Below are positions 42,835 through 53,439 of a stretch of DNA of 64,000 nucleotides, piece after piece. The translations under genes and the position numbers were made by a program. Under the pieces are notes generated by a model. The model had not been told where the DNA came from and made no database searches. It saw nothing but the letters and a program-made list of their open reading frames with translations. The DNA lies in contig CAVUWA010000005.1 of assembly GCA_963744995.1 (NCBI GenBank), positions 192,001 to 256,000 on the forward strand, given 5' to 3'. The number at the start of each line of letters is the position of its first letter. The stretch's first letter is position 1. This stretch comes from Candidatus Eiseniibacteriota bacterium. Its GTDB lineage: Bacteria > Eisenbacteria > RBG-16-71-46.

Positions 42835-44445
42835 ATGCGCACATTTGGTCGTGGGATTCTGTCCTCGAGCCCATTGCGCCGGATCATTCCGGCGGTTGTG
42901 CTGCCGTTCTTCGTTTGCGGCTGCGGCAAAGGCGTTGGAGTGGGAGCTGGAGGCAGCCAGCCCTACTACCCTGCAGATGTCCACTTCGCAGCGTGGGACT
43001 CGCTCGGGACCGCGCAGTGCCGGGGCTGGGTGTTCAACCAGGGTTTCGAGGCAAGCGACGTTCGGGTGCAGCTCTGGTACGCGACCCCCTCAGGCGAAAT
43101 GTCTCAGGTGGCGTCCATCCCGGGCACCGTCGGAACTTTCCGTGGCGCGTCGTTCTTCGCAGCACCGCAGTTGACCGGAGGTGAACCCAGATTCCCGCGG
43201 GTCGGCACCGTGACCTTCTCCAATGAGCAGGGCAACTATGGTGGGAGTTCGCCGGCGCAGCCACGCACCCCCGATCTGGAGCTCACGATGGTCTGGTGCC
43301 AGCTGGACGGGGACTCGGTCCAGTGCGAGGTCAAGAACCACGGTGGCTATGCGTACGGCGTCGTCGTGCACCTGGATACCCGCGACGGACCTCGCGATGT
43401 CGCACTGGCCCCTGATCCTCTGCCGTATGGCGTGAAAACCCGACTGAGTTCCGTAGTAGGAGACTCGGCAGGAGTTCCCGTGTCGCCTCGCGTGACCAGT
43501 GTCCACTGGGAGGACTACGGCGGCACGCCCGGGGACCTGATCTCGCCCACGACGTCGCGCCAGATCTACGACTGCAGCCCGCCAACGCTGAGTCTCCAGT
43601 GGGGCGGAACGGGTTCCGGAGAAGGTGAATTCCAGTATCCGACCGGCATTGCGATAGGGGCCGGAGGCAACATCTACGTTGCGGACACCGGAAATGACCG
43701 CATTCAGGTCTTTTCCAGCACCGGCACGTACGTCACCAGGTGGGGCGGTTCCGGAACGGGAAACGGGCAGTTCCGGGGCCCGAGGGGAATCGCGGTAGCG
43801 GCCAACGGCAATGTCTACGTTGCGGACGGGTCAAACGACCGCATCGAAGTATTCAACAGCAGCGGAACGTACATCACCCAGTGGGGCAGCACCGGCATTG
43901 GGAACGGGCAGTTCCATGGGCCGAGTTGGGTGGCGGTGGGCGAAGGAGGCGCGGTCTACGTCGTGGACAGCGACCGCATTCAGGTGTTCACCGGCGACGG
44001 CGCCTACGTCTTCCAGTGGGGCGGGTACGGCTTCGGGAATGGCCAGTTCGCAATCCCGAGCGGCGTGGCCGCCGCTGCGAGCGGCAATGTACTCGTGGCG
44101 GATCGGCAAAACAATCGCATTCAGGTCTTCACCAGTACCGGGGCATATGTCGCGCAATGGAGCACTCGCTCTCCCACCGGGGTGGCGTTCGACTCCGACG
44201 GCAACATTTTCGTGACGAACTACGATTTGAGTCAGGTGCAGGAATTCACCGGCAGCGGTGGGTTCATTACGCAGTGGGGCATGTACGGCAGCGGAAGCGG
44301 TCAGTTCAAGTACCCGACCGGGGTGGCGGTGGATGTGAGCGGCAGCGTCTACGTTGCGGACTCGAACAACAACCGCATTGAGAAGTTCGACTTCGCACCC
44401 TCCGCGGTGACCTTTTCGGACCGGGCCGGAAACCCCTTCCGCTGA
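42835..44445 (+). CDS. Probable lipoprotein with C-terminal NHL-repeat propeller
   Basis: FFVCGC lipobox-like; six GQFxxPxGxA..VYVAD..NxRI repeats. Confidence 0.85.
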   Translation: MRTFGRGILSSSPLRRIIPAVVLPFFVCGCGKGVGVGAGGSQPYYPADVHFAAWDSLGTAQCRGWVFNQGFEASDVRVQLWYATPSGEMSQVASIPGTVGTFRGASFFAAPQLTGGEPRFPRVGTVTFSNEQGNYGGSSPAQPRTPDLELTMVWCQLDGDSVQCEVKNHGGYAYGVVVHLDTRDGPRDVALAPDPLPYGVKTRLSSVVGDSAGVPVSPRVTSVHWEDYGGTPGDLISPTTSRQIYDCSPPTLSLQWGGTGSGEGEFQYPTGIAIGAGGNIYVADTGNDRIQVFSSTGTYVTRWGGSGTGNGQFRGPRGIAVAANGNVYVADGSNDRIEVFNSSGTYITQWGSTGIGNGQFHGPSWVAVGEGGAVYVVDSDRIQVFTGDGAYVFQWGGYGFGNGQFAIPSGVAAAASGNVLVADRQNNRIQVFTSTGAYVAQWSTRSPTGVAFDSDGNIFVTNYDLSQVQEFTGSGGFITQWGMYGSGSGQFKYPTGVAVDVSGSVYVADSNNNRIEKFDFAPSAVTFSDRAGNPFR

Positions 44446-44484
44446 CTCCTGCACGGGGCAGAGCCGCTCAGCTGTTGCCGTGCT

Positions 44485-44570
<86 letters not shown>

Positions 44571-44612
44571 ATACGTGGAGGCGCGGGCGGGCGGCGCGCC
44601 GCCCGCCGCTGG

Positions 44613-45854
44613 TCACACCTTCGGTGTTCCCGTCACCACGCGGAACGTGTCGCGGGCGATGAGCAGCTCCTCGTTGGTCGGGATCACGTAGGCCTTGCGC
44701 TTCGAATCGGGCGTGGTGATCTCGCCGGTGTCGCCACCCTTGAGCGCCTCGTTCTTCGCTTCGTCGAGCTCCAGACCGAGCGTTCCCAGGTGGGCGGTGA
44801 TGCATTTGCGGATCAGCGCCGAGTTCTCGCCAATGCCGCCCGTGAACACGATCGCGTCGGGATCGCACACCGCCACGTAGGCGCCGATGTACTTGCGCAC
44901 CCGGTAGCAGAACATGTCGATCGCGAGCCGCGCACGGCGGTCGTGGTTCTCCTCGACCTCCGCAATCAGGTCGCGCATGTCCGCGGTGAGCCCGGACACG
45001 CCGAGCAGGCCCGACTGCTTGTTGAGCATGGCCTCCAGCTCGGTCGGGCCCATCCCCTCCTTGTGGCCCAGGTACTCGAGGATCGAGGCGTCCAGGTCGC
45101 CCGAGCGCGTCGCCATGAGCAGGCCTTCGAGCGGCGTGAAGCCCATGGACGTGTCGATCGAGCGGCCGCCGCGGATCGCGCAGGCCGAGCAGCCGTGGCC
45201 CAGGTGCAGCGTGATCAGGTTCACCTGCTCGCGCTCGAGCCCCAGCATCCTGCGGTAGCGGTAGCCGATGTAACGGTGGGACGTGCCGTGAAAGCCGTAG
45301 CGGCGGATCTTGTAGCGCCGGTAGTGCGAGTACGGGATGCCGTAGAGGAACGCCACGTCGGGCATCGTCGAATGGAACGCGGTGTCGAACACGACGACCT
45401 GCGGCACGTCCTCGCCGAGCAGCTCCTGCACGGCACGGATGCCCTTCAGATTCGCCGGGTTGTGCAGCGGCGCGAGGTCGATGCACTCCTCGATGCCCGC
45501 GATCACGTTTGGATCGATGCGCACCGAGTCCTTGAACTTTTCGCCGCCGTGCACGACGCGGTGGCCGACGCCGTGGATGTCGGCGAGCGAGCGAATGGTG
45601 TCGATCTTCGATTCGTTCGACACGATCCAGCGCAGGATCCTGTCGATGGCCGCACGATGGTCGCGGAGCGGCGCGTCGGTCTTGAGCGCCGGCTGACCGG
45701 CGACCTCGAGGGTGATGATGGCGTGACTGCCGATTCGTTCGATCAGACCGCGTGCGAGGCAGCGGTCGTCGTCGCGTGAAATACGGTCCTGATCGGTATC
45801 GATGATCTGGAACTTGACCGACGAGGATCCGCAATTGAGGACGAGTACGTTCAT
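44613..45854 (-). CDS. ackA: Acetate kinase
   Basis: VLNCGSSSVK, GHRVVHGG, APLHNP, FDTAFH, RYGFHGTSH, FTGGIGEN, PTNEEL. Confidence 0.97.
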   Translation of the reverse strand: MNVLVLNCGSSSVKFQIIDTDQDRISRDDDRCLARGLIERIGSHAIITLEVAGQPALKTDAPLRDHRAAIDRILRWIVSNESKIDTIRSLADIHGVGHRVVHGGEKFKDSVRIDPNVIAGIEECIDLAPLHNPANLKGIRAVQELLGEDVPQVVVFDTAFHSTMPDVAFLYGIPYSHYRRYKIRRYGFHGTSHRYIGYRYRRMLGLEREQVNLITLHLGHGCSACAIRGGRSIDTSMGFTPLEGLLMATRSGDLDASILEYLGHKEGMGPTELEAMLNKQSGLLGVSGLTADMRDLIAEVEENHDRRARLAIDMFCYRVRKYIGAYVAVCDPDAIVFTGGIGENSALIRKCITAHLGTLGLELDEAKNEALKGGDTGEITTPDSKRKAYVIPTNEELLIARDTFRVVTGTPKV

Positions 45855-45946
45855 GATCTTCTCCCAGCCTCCCCCGCCGGCGGGCAGGCACCGGCGCCTG
45901 CACGGTATCACGCCCGTGCGCGGGCGCCACCCGGCCGCCGGGTACG

Positions 45947-45981
45947 AAAAACGCCCAGGTCCTGTCCGTAGGACCCGGGCG
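45947..45981 (-). terminator. Rho-independent terminator after actF
   Basis: 12-bp stem CGCCCGGGTCCT/AGGACCTGGGCG followed by TTTTT on minus strand. Confidence 0.8.
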
Positions 45982-46013
45982 CGCAAGCGCGCAGAGGAGT
46001 CGTGCCGCGCGCG

Positions 46014-47297
46014 CTAGTGCTCCGGCCCTCCATGGGCGGCCAGGACGTCCGGAACCTTGACGCTCGGGAATTTGGTCAGGAAACCCTGCACGGTCCAGCC
46101 GAACAGACCGAGGAAGCCGATCCCGACGCCGACCTCGCCGAGCCCGATCCAGACCGCGTCGGGGTTCAGCGACGGCATCATCAGCACGTGCCGCTCGATC
46201 CAGATGCCGGCCATGATCAGCAGGCAGAACAGACTCAGGAGCAGCGGGCTGCTCTTGGACTTCTTGTTGAGCATGCCGAGGAACGGGATCGCGAAGATCA
46301 TGATGAACGCGGCGAACGCCCAGGGCCGCCACGGGTTCTCGAAGCGCAGGAACACCCAGCCGGTCTCCTCGGGCATGTTCGAGTACCAGATCGGCAGGTA
46401 CTGCGACCAGAACAGGTACACCCAGAAGATCGAGAACGCGAAGATCACCTTGCCGATGTCCCAGAAGTGGTTCGGGGTGATGTAGGCTTCGAGCCGGTAC
46501 TTGCTGCGGACCTGCGTGGCGATGAGCGCGGTCATGCAGACGCCAGAGAGAAACGCCGCCGCGTAGACGTACCAGCCGAACAGCGAGCTGACCCAGTTCG
46601 GCGTGATCGACATGATGAAGTCCCAGCCGATCACGCTGAAGAAGACCACGAACGCCAGCACGACCTGGGGCGACAGGTGCGCGAGCTGGTGGCGCTGCCA
46701 CGCGACCTCCTCCTCGTCGCCGCGCCAGCCCGCCGAGAGCTTCTCGTAGGTGGCCTTGAGCTTCTCGGGCACGTGCGGCTTGAGGAGATGCGCGTCGGTG
46801 CGCAGCGAGATTTTCACCAGCTTGCTCGCCAGCCACCAGAACAGCAGCTGGCCGCCGAGCGTGCGGATCCAGAGGAACGGCAGGTTCAGATACTTCGCCT
46901 GGCGCGGGTCGACGTGATGCGTCCACGGGAACAGGTTCCACACGCCGCCCGCGAGCAGCACGACCACGGCCGCGAAGCCGACCGGCAGGAACGCCGACAG
47001 CGATTCGCCGATCCGCATGATCGGCCCCGCCCACCGGCCGTTGGTGAGGCGGATCGCCGCGGCCAGCACCACGCCGCCCTGGGCGATTCCGAGCCAGAAG
47101 ATCACGTTGATCGCGTACGAGCCCCACGCGCGCGTCGGATTCACCATGAACAGATACGCGAGCGAGATCACCCCGATCACCAGACAGGCGATCCAGATCT
47201 GGCGCTTGCGCACGTTGGGCGTCACCGGAAGCTTCGCGGCGATGTCCTTGAGGATGTCGTCGTGCGCGTCGTGCATGTCGGCCTGGGAAGCGCTCAT
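46014..47297 (-). CDS. actF: Alternative complex III membrane subunit ActF
   Basis: About 10 TM helices; WDFIMS...WVSSLFG, YLFWSQYLPIWYSNMPEE; last gene of act operon. Confidence 0.88.
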   Translation of the reverse strand: MSASQADMHDAHDDILKDIAAKLPVTPNVRKRQIWIACLVIGVISLAYLFMVNPTRAWGSYAINVIFWLGIAQGGVVLAAAIRLTNGRWAGPIMRIGESLSAFLPVGFAAVVVLLAGGVWNLFPWTHHVDPRQAKYLNLPFLWIRTLGGQLLFWWLASKLVKISLRTDAHLLKPHVPEKLKATYEKLSAGWRGDEEEVAWQRHQLAHLSPQVVLAFVVFFSVIGWDFIMSITPNWVSSLFGWYVYAAAFLSGVCMTALIATQVRSKYRLEAYITPNHFWDIGKVIFAFSIFWVYLFWSQYLPIWYSNMPEETGWVFLRFENPWRPWAFAAFIMIFAIPFLGMLNKKSKSSPLLLSLFCLLIMAGIWIERHVLMMPSLNPDAVWIGLGEVGVGIGFLGLFGWTVQGFLTKFPSVKVPDVLAAHGGPEH

Positions 47298-47839
47298 CGG
47301 GGGTCCGCCTGCTGGCGGGAGCGGATGTAGTTGACCAGGTTCCACGCCATCTCGGGCGGCACCTGGAAACCGTAGCTGGGCATCACCGCCCCGCCGTGGC
47401 GGATGTACGAGTAGATGTAGCCGTCGCTGCGGTCGCGCGTCAGCTTGGCGTGCAGGTCGGGCGGCGGCACGAAGAACTGGATCACCGGTCCGTCGCCCTT
47501 CATGTCCGGGCCGTGGCACGGGACGCAGGTCAGCTTGAACTGCGCCTCGCCGGCCGCGATCGAGGCCTCGGTCGGGGGGACCGGGTTCTGGAGCGTCGCC
47601 GCGAGCGTCTTCAGATCGCCTTCCACGTCGACGCCCTGCTCGGGAATCGAGCCCTCGGGCGGCGTGCGCGTCACGGTCTTCTGCGGCTTGAGCGCGACCG
47701 TCCAGCGCATGTCGCGGATCGGGAAGTAGGCCCAGTGCGTCATGGACGTCGTGGCGTCGTGCACGCCCTTCTGCACCGTCGACGCGGTGAGCATCGTCAT
47801 GAGCGCGGCGATCGCGAGCCCGGCGAGGAACTTAATCAT
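47294..47839 (-). CDS. actE: Alternative complex III monoheme cytochrome c subunit ActE
   Basis: PPEGSI, NPVP, CVPCH, MPSY motifs. Confidence 0.85.
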   Translation of the reverse strand: MIKFLAGLAIAALMTMLTASTVQKGVHDATTSMTHWAYFPIRDMRWTVALKPQKTVTRTPPEGSIPEQGVDVEGDLKTLAATLQNPVPPTEASIAAGEAQFKLTCVPCHGPDMKGDGPVIQFFVPPPDLHAKLTRDRSDGYIYSYIRHGGAVMPSYGFQVPPEMAWNLVNYIRSRQQADPR

Positions 47840-48386
47840 GGACCTTCGCCTCCTCGGCGCCGTGGCCCTTGAGCATCTGTTCCACGCGCTTCGCGTCGTC
47901 GCCCCTGCACGGCACCCAGATCCCGATCCGGTCTTCGGTGAAACGCGGGTCGTAGGGCGCTTTCAGCTTCATGTGCGGCAGCCGTGCCAGCGCGAGCATG
48001 CCGATGAGGTTCGCGATGCCGCCGAGCAGGATCATCGACTCGTAGGTCGGAATGATGAACGGCGGCACCGAGATCAGCTCCTTGCCGCCCGTGACGAGCG
48101 GGTAGGAAATGACCGAGTACACGCACAGCGCCATGCCGCCGGTCGCGCCGAGCACGCCGCCGATAAACGTGACCCAGCGCACCAGGGAGGGGCCCTGTTC
48201 CATCGCGTGCTCGATCTCGTGGTGCGGCACCGGCGAGATCACCGCGATGTTGCGGTGTCCGGACTGGCGCAGCGTCGTGACGGCATCGGTCGCGTCATCG
48301 ACGTAATAGAACACGCCCATCACCCCCTCGTACTTGCCGGGCTTCGGGCCGAGGAGCTTGAGCAGGAATTCGAAGATCGCGTTCAT
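47832..48386 (-). CDS. actD: Alternative complex III subunit ActD (DUF3341)
   Basis: SPVPHHEI, YPLVTGGK, PPFIIPTYE, YDPRFTED. Confidence 0.88.
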   Translation of the reverse strand: MNAIFEFLLKLLGPKPGKYEGVMGVFYYVDDATDAVTTLRQSGHRNIAVISPVPHHEIEHAMEQGPSLVRWVTFIGGVLGATGGMALCVYSVISYPLVTGGKELISVPPFIIPTYESMILLGGIANLIGMLALARLPHMKLKAPYDPRFTEDRIGIWVPCRGDDAKRVEQMLKGHGAEEAKVHD

Positions 48387-49790
48387 CTAGTGCCCGCCCT
48401 TCCGACTGCCGCGCCGGTAGGGGAACCGCACGGTCTCCTTGATCTCGGCGATCGAGAAGGCCGGCAGCACGCGGACGAAGATCAGGAAGAACATGCCGAA
48501 CCACGCGAACGCGCCCGCGGTGATCGCGGCTTCCGTCCAGCTCATCTTGTAGTTCACCCAGGTCGCCGGGTCGAACGAACGCGTCAGTGAGGTGACGATG
48601 ATCGTGAAGCGCTCGAACCACATGCCGACGTTCACGAACAGCGCGATGATGAACAGCGCGGTCATGTTGCGGCGCACCGGCTTGAACCACAGCAGCAGCG
48701 GGATGATCACGTTGCACGTGAACATGATCCAGAACGCCCACCAGTAGTGGCCGGTCGCGCGGAACCAGAAGACGTCGCGCTCGAACTTGTTGGGGCCGTA
48801 CCAGGCCATGAAGAACTCGGTCAGGTACGAATAGCCGACCATCGTGGAGGTGAGCAGCACCAGCTTGGCCAGCTTCTCCATGTGGTCGATCGTCACGATG
48901 TGCTTCAGGTTGAAGCCCTTGCGGATGATGATCAGCAGATTGATCACCAGCGCCACGCCCGAGAAGATCGCGCCGGCCACGAAGTAGGGCGCGAACAGCG
49001 TGGAGTGCCAGCCGGGCACCTGGGCCATCGCGAAGTCCCACGACACCACCGAGTGCACCGAGAACACCAGCGGCGTCGCCATCGCGGCGAAGAACAGGTA
49101 CGCGCTGTAGAAGTGCTTCCAGTTGTTGTTGGTGCCCTGCCAGCCCCACGAGACCGCGGTGTAGATCAGCTTCATCAGCGGGTGCTTCGCGCGGTCGCGC
49201 GCCGCCGCCGTGTCCGGGATCAGGCCGACGAAGAAGAAGATGCTGGAGATCGTGAGGTACGTGGACACGGCGAACACGTCCCACTCCAGCGGCGAGCGGA
49301 AGTTCGGCCAGATCTGGCGCTGGTTCGGGTAGGCGATCAGCCAGTATCCGAACCACGGGCGGCCGGTGTGCAGCAGCGGGAACACGCCCGCGGTGAGCAC
49401 CCCGAACACCGTCATGGCTTCGGCCACGCGATACACGGCGCGGCGGAAGTGCGAGCGGAACAGGAACAGCACCGCCGACACCAGCGTGCCGCAGTGCGCG
49501 ATGCCGACCCAGAACACGAAGTTGGTGATGTACGCCGACCACATGACCGGGCGCGTGTAGCCGGCGACGCCGAGGCCGAGCACGATCTGGTTGCGGAGCG
49601 CGAGGAAACCGAACGCCAGGACCGTCAGATCGAGGATGAAGATCGACCACCAGATCTTGCCCGGCAGCGAGATCATCTTGAGGATGTCGTCGTTGAGTGA
49701 CTTCTGCGTCACGTACGCCGGCATCGGCTCTTCGGCGACCTGCACCTCGTTCACGCCGTGGACCGGCTGTTCGACCGTGGTCGCGCTCAC
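48387..49790 (-). CDS. actC: Alternative complex III NrfD-type quinol-binding subunit ActC
   Basis: ITNFVFWVGIAH, HTGRPW, NFRSPL.WDVFAVSTY, SVHSVVSWDFA, GMWFERF. Confidence 0.93.
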   Translation of the reverse strand: MSATTVEQPVHGVNEVQVAEEPMPAYVTQKSLNDDILKMISLPGKIWWSIFILDLTVLAFGFLALRNQIVLGLGVAGYTRPVMWSAYITNFVFWVGIAHCGTLVSAVLFLFRSHFRRAVYRVAEAMTVFGVLTAGVFPLLHTGRPWFGYWLIAYPNQRQIWPNFRSPLEWDVFAVSTYLTISSIFFFVGLIPDTAAARDRAKHPLMKLIYTAVSWGWQGTNNNWKHFYSAYLFFAAMATPLVFSVHSVVSWDFAMAQVPGWHSTLFAPYFVAGAIFSGVALVINLLIIIRKGFNLKHIVTIDHMEKLAKLVLLTSTMVGYSYLTEFFMAWYGPNKFERDVFWFRATGHYWWAFWIMFTCNVIIPLLLWFKPVRRNMTALFIIALFVNVGMWFERFTIIVTSLTRSFDPATWVNYKMSWTEAAITAGAFAWFGMFFLIFVRVLPAFSIAEIKETVRFPYRRGSRKGGH

Positions 49791-52700
49791 GCGTGGCCCT
49801 CCCCGTTCCGGTCGATCTTCTTGAGGTACGTCACGCCGGGCTTGGTGTTGAGCTCGTTGAGTACCCAGTAGCGCCGCTCGCTGTCGAACGACAGCTTCGA
49901 CACGCGGCTCTCGGGGTCGGCCAGATCACCGAACACGATGGCCTCGGTCGGGCAGGTCTGCGCGCAGGCGGTGATGATTTCGCCGTCGCGCACCTCGCGA
50001 TTCTCGTCCTTCGCGTCGCCCTTGCCCTTGAGAATGCGCTGCACGCACATCGTGCATTTCTCCATGACGCCCTTGGAGCGCACGGTGACGTCCGGGTTGA
50101 GCTGCCAGTTGAGCGGCTCGGGGAACGCGAAGGTGTCCTTCTCGGGTGCGCCGTAATCGAACCAGTTGAACGTCCGCACCTTGTACGGGCAGTTGTTCGA
50201 GCAGTAGCGCGTCCCCACGCAGCGGTTGTAGACCTGCGCGTTGAGTCCTTCGGGGTTGTGGTAGGTCGCATACACGGGACACACGATCTCGCAGGGCGCA
50301 TCGGTGCAGTGCTGGCACATCATCGGCAGGAAGCGCACGTCGGGTTTCGCGTCGTCGACCTTCTGCTCCCAGCGTTCGATGCGGATCCACATCATCTCGC
50401 GCCCGCGCTTGATGATCTCGGGTCCGACGACCGGCACGTTGTTCTCGGCGTTGCACGCCACGATGCAGGCGTTGCAGCCGGTGCAACGATCGAGGTCGAT
50501 CGCCATCGCCCAGCGATGCGTCGCGTTCTTGTAGCTGCCCCGGTCGATCGGGTTGCGCTTCGGGGCGCGCGCCGGCTCCTCGGATTCGAAGGCGGTGATC
50601 GCCTGCGCCGGCGGCTTGTAGCCGGCCGGGTGCTTCATCGGCTCGGTGAACTGACCCGGCCGCGTCTGCGACGGCGGCACCGCGTGTTCCTCGCCGCCGT
50701 GGCCACCCTCCGCGCCGTGGCCGGCGGCACCACCCATGAGCGCCGAAATCGGAATGATCTGCGCGATCCCGCGGTCGTGCTGGTCCATCTCTCGCTGCGT
50801 CACGACCAGATCCATCGCCTTCGCGCCTCTGGTGAGCGACGCTTTCGCGCTCAGGAACGCCACCGCTCCGGAGGCCTCGTCCTGCGCCGCGGCCAGCAGT
50901 TGCGTTCCGTTCACGCCGCGCCCCGTCGCGTAGCGGCCATAGCCGGTGTGACCCTGGCCGAGCGGCATCGCCACGACGTCCTTGCGCATGCCGGCGTAGA
51001 GGTACACCGGCAGCTCCGCGCTGCCGGCGTCGGTCTGAATCCGGATCGGGTCGCCGTTCTCGACGCCCAGCTTCGCCGCGGTGTCCGGGTGCACTTCGGC
51101 CCACGTTCCCCAGACCGCCTTGGTCGTCGGATCGGGCGTCTCCTGCAGCCATGGCTTGTTGGCGCCGCGGCCGTCGAAGAGCTGCACCGAGGGATAGAGC
51201 ACGAGCGCGAGGTCACCCGCGCCCTGCAGCTCCGGTGCGGAGAATGCCGGCGTCGAAGCCCAGCGCACCGCGGGCGCCTGAACCTCTTCCCACACGCCGC
51301 CTTTCTGCAGCGCATCCTTCCAGAAGTCGTCGAACGGACGTCCGGCGCCCAATCGTGAGTGCAGGCGGCGCCACTGGCCCTTGACGTAGTCTTCCCACGT
51401 CGCCGGGAAACCCGCGTTCACCTGCGCGCTCGCGGCGAGTGCGATGAGCGCCTCGCCGGCCGGCTTCGAATCGAAGACCGGCACTTTCTGCATCGCCGGC
51501 TGGATCACCGAGTGCACGCCTCGCACGGTCTCGAGATCGCCGAACGACTCGATCGCGTGGGACGCGGGCAGCACCAGGTCGCAGGCGGCCGCCGTCTCGT
51601 CCATGGCCTGGGCGATTGCGATCTTGTACGGCACCTTCTCCATCGCGGCGCCGAAGCCCGCCCACGCCGGCACCGCGTACACCGGGTTCGCGCCGTGCAC
51701 GACGAGCACGTCGATTTCGCCACCGCTCATCGCGCTCATCAGCTGCTGCACGTCGCTGAACGGCGCCACTGCGCCGAAATCGAGGGTGCGGTCGAAGCGC
51801 ACCGTGCGACCGATGTTGCCGGCCACGTAGTTGAGCAGGTTGACCGCCGCTTGCAGGGCGACCGACTTGTCGCTCTGGGCCGCCACGCCGCCGGCCACCG
51901 CGAGGCCCGGAGCATGCGAGGCGAACTCCCGCGCGAGGCGAGTGATCGTCTCGGCGGGGACGTCGGACTGTTCGGCAGCGGCCGCGGGGCTCCATGCCGA
52001 CACGGCCTCGAGCAGACGGCCGCGCTCGGCCAGCGCCGGACCGAGGTTCTCGCTGAGGATCACGTGGGCCATGCCGAGCGCGATCGCGATCTCGCGACCC
52101 GGACGCACCGCCACCCACTCGTCGGCGCTCACACCGGTCATCGACAGCCGCGGCTCGACGGTCACGAAGCGACGCTCGTGATGCGTGCGCATCGCGGCGA
52201 AGTCGCGCGCGTAGCCGACCGGCGAAATCCACGTCTCCAGGAAGTCGGCGCCGAACGACACCAGCATCCCGGCGGCGGCGAAGTCGAAGTGCGGCACGGT
52301 GGACTGGCCGAACGTGCGGCCGTTGGCCTCGCGCAGGCTCTCGTGGGCGAACGGCTCGTAGACGAGGTGACGGCCGTTCATCGCCGCGGCCCATTCGGTC
52401 GCGAGGCGCTGGAACGAACCCGGCGCGTGGTCGGTGACGAGCGCGACGCCCTTCTTGCCGCGCGCCGCATCGCCGAGCCGCGTCCCCGCGAGCTTCAGGG
52501 CATCGTCCCACGACACCGGTTTCCAACCGGAGCCGTCCTTCACCATCGGCGACTTGAGCCGGTCCGGATCGTAGAGGCTCTGCACGCCGGCCTGTCCGCG
52601 CGCGCACAGGCCGCCGCGGTTGACCGGGTGATCGCCGAGGCCCTCGACCTTGATCGCGCGCCCCTCGCGGGTCTTGACGCTGACACCGCAGCCCGCCGGG

Positions 52701-52879
52701 CATTCGCGGCAGGTGCTCGCGTACCAGTAGGGAATGCCGGGCAGCGTGTCGTTGGGCCCGACCAGGTACGGAATCAGTTTCTCGGCGGGCGGTTTGGCGC
52801 AACCGGCCGCCGCGCCGGCCGCACCGATCCCGACCAGCTTCAGGAAGTCGCGCCGATTGAAGACGAAGGATTCGCTCAT
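49787..52879 (-). CDS. actB: Alternative complex III subunit ActB (molybdopterin-oxidoreductase-like + Fe-S domains)
   Basis: Tat NRRDFLK + AAGC; C-terminal CTGCNAC, CQHC..APCE.VCP, CVGTRYCSNNCPY, RSKGVMEKCTMC. Confidence 0.92.
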   Translation of the reverse strand: MSESFVFNRRDFLKLVGIGAAGAAAGCAKPPAEKLIPYLVGPNDTLPGIPYWYASTCRECPAGCGVSVKTREGRAIKVEGLGDHPVNRGGLCARGQAGVQSLYDPDRLKSPMVKDGSGWKPVSWDDALKLAGTRLGDAARGKKGVALVTDHAPGSFQRLATEWAAAMNGRHLVYEPFAHESLREANGRTFGQSTVPHFDFAAAGMLVSFGADFLETWISPVGYARDFAAMRTHHERRFVTVEPRLSMTGVSADEWVAVRPGREIAIALGMAHVILSENLGPALAERGRLLEAVSAWSPAAAAEQSDVPAETITRLAREFASHAPGLAVAGGVAAQSDKSVALQAAVNLLNYVAGNIGRTVRFDRTLDFGAVAPFSDVQQLMSAMSGGEIDVLVVHGANPVYAVPAWAGFGAAMEKVPYKIAIAQAMDETAAACDLVLPASHAIESFGDLETVRGVHSVIQPAMQKVPVFDSKPAGEALIALAASAQVNAGFPATWEDYVKGQWRRLHSRLGAGRPFDDFWKDALQKGGVWEEVQAPAVRWASTPAFSAPELQGAGDLALVLYPSVQLFDGRGANKPWLQETPDPTTKAVWGTWAEVHPDTAAKLGVENGDPIRIQTDAGSAELPVYLYAGMRKDVVAMPLGQGHTGYGRYATGRGVNGTQLLAAAQDEASGAVAFLSAKASLTRGAKAMDLVVTQREMDQHDRGIAQIIPISALMGGAAGHGAEGGHGGEEHAVPPSQTRPGQFTEPMKHPAGYKPPAQAITAFESEEPARAPKRNPIDRGSYKNATHRWAMAIDLDRCTGCNACIVACNAENNVPVVGPEIIKRGREMMWIRIERWEQKVDDAKPDVRFLPMMCQHCTDAPCEIVCPVYATYHNPEGLNAQVYNRCVGTRYCSNNCPYKVRTFNWFDYGAPEKDTFAFPEPLNWQLNPDVTVRSKGVMEKCTMCVQRILKGKGDAKDENREVRDGEIITACAQTCPTEAIVFGDLADPESRVSKLSFDSERRYWVLNELNTKPGVTYLKKIDRNGEGHA

Positions 52880-52886
52880 GACCGCC

Positions 52887-53417
52887 CTAGTGGTGACATG
52901 CGATGCAGTCCATCGTCGCCGGGTACTTAGGGGCATCGAGGTTCTGGCGATGGCAGCCCACGCACCAGCCCATCTTGAGCGCCGGGTACTGGTAGACGAC
53001 GTCCATCGTCTCGACCGGACCGTGACAGGTCTGGCACTCGATCTCGGCCTTCACGTGACGCTTGTGGTTGAACTTCACGTGATCGGGGAGGCGGTAGACC
53101 TCGACCCAGGGAATCTGTTCCTTGCGGTCCCAGTAACCGGCGAGCTTCTGGATCGTCGGCTTCGTGGTCGAAACGATCTTGTGGCATCCCATGCAGGTGC
53201 TCATCGGCGGGATGTTGGCGATCGGGGACTTGTCGGCGCCGTTGTGGCAGTAGAGACAGTCGATCTTCATGTCTCCGGCATGGCGCCTGTGACTGAACGC
53301 AATCGGCTGCTCCGGACCCTTCGTGAGCCCGAGCTCGACGGGGAACGATTGCGTGAAGGCCACCGTGGCGGCCGACAGCGTCGTCAGGATGATGAGGGAG
53401 GAGAGGATTTTCTTCAT
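52887..53417 (-). CDS. actA: Alternative complex III pentaheme cytochrome c subunit ActA
   Basis: PEQPIAFSH..H; five CxxCH (CLYCH, CMGCH, CQTCH, CVGCH, CIACH); MGWC. Confidence 0.92.
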   Translation of the reverse strand: MKKILSSLIILTTLSAATVAFTQSFPVELGLTKGPEQPIAFSHRRHAGDMKIDCLYCHNGADKSPIANIPPMSTCMGCHKIVSTTKPTIQKLAGYWDRKEQIPWVEVYRLPDHVKFNHKRHVKAEIECQTCHGPVETMDVVYQYPALKMGWCVGCHRQNLDAPKYPATMDCIACHH

Positions 53418-53439
53418 CGATGGGAGTCCAAGACGACGC

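Larger units (their letters stand above)
27190..44484. mobile_element. tRNA-Leu-anchored accessory island (tandem accretion; no integrase seen)
   Basis: Begins at tRNA 3' end; degenerate direct copies of that end at 42626, 39068, 38749 and weakly 27190; accessory cargo, pseudogenes, less GC-biased codons in several genes. Left boundary is tentative. Confidence 0.6.
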
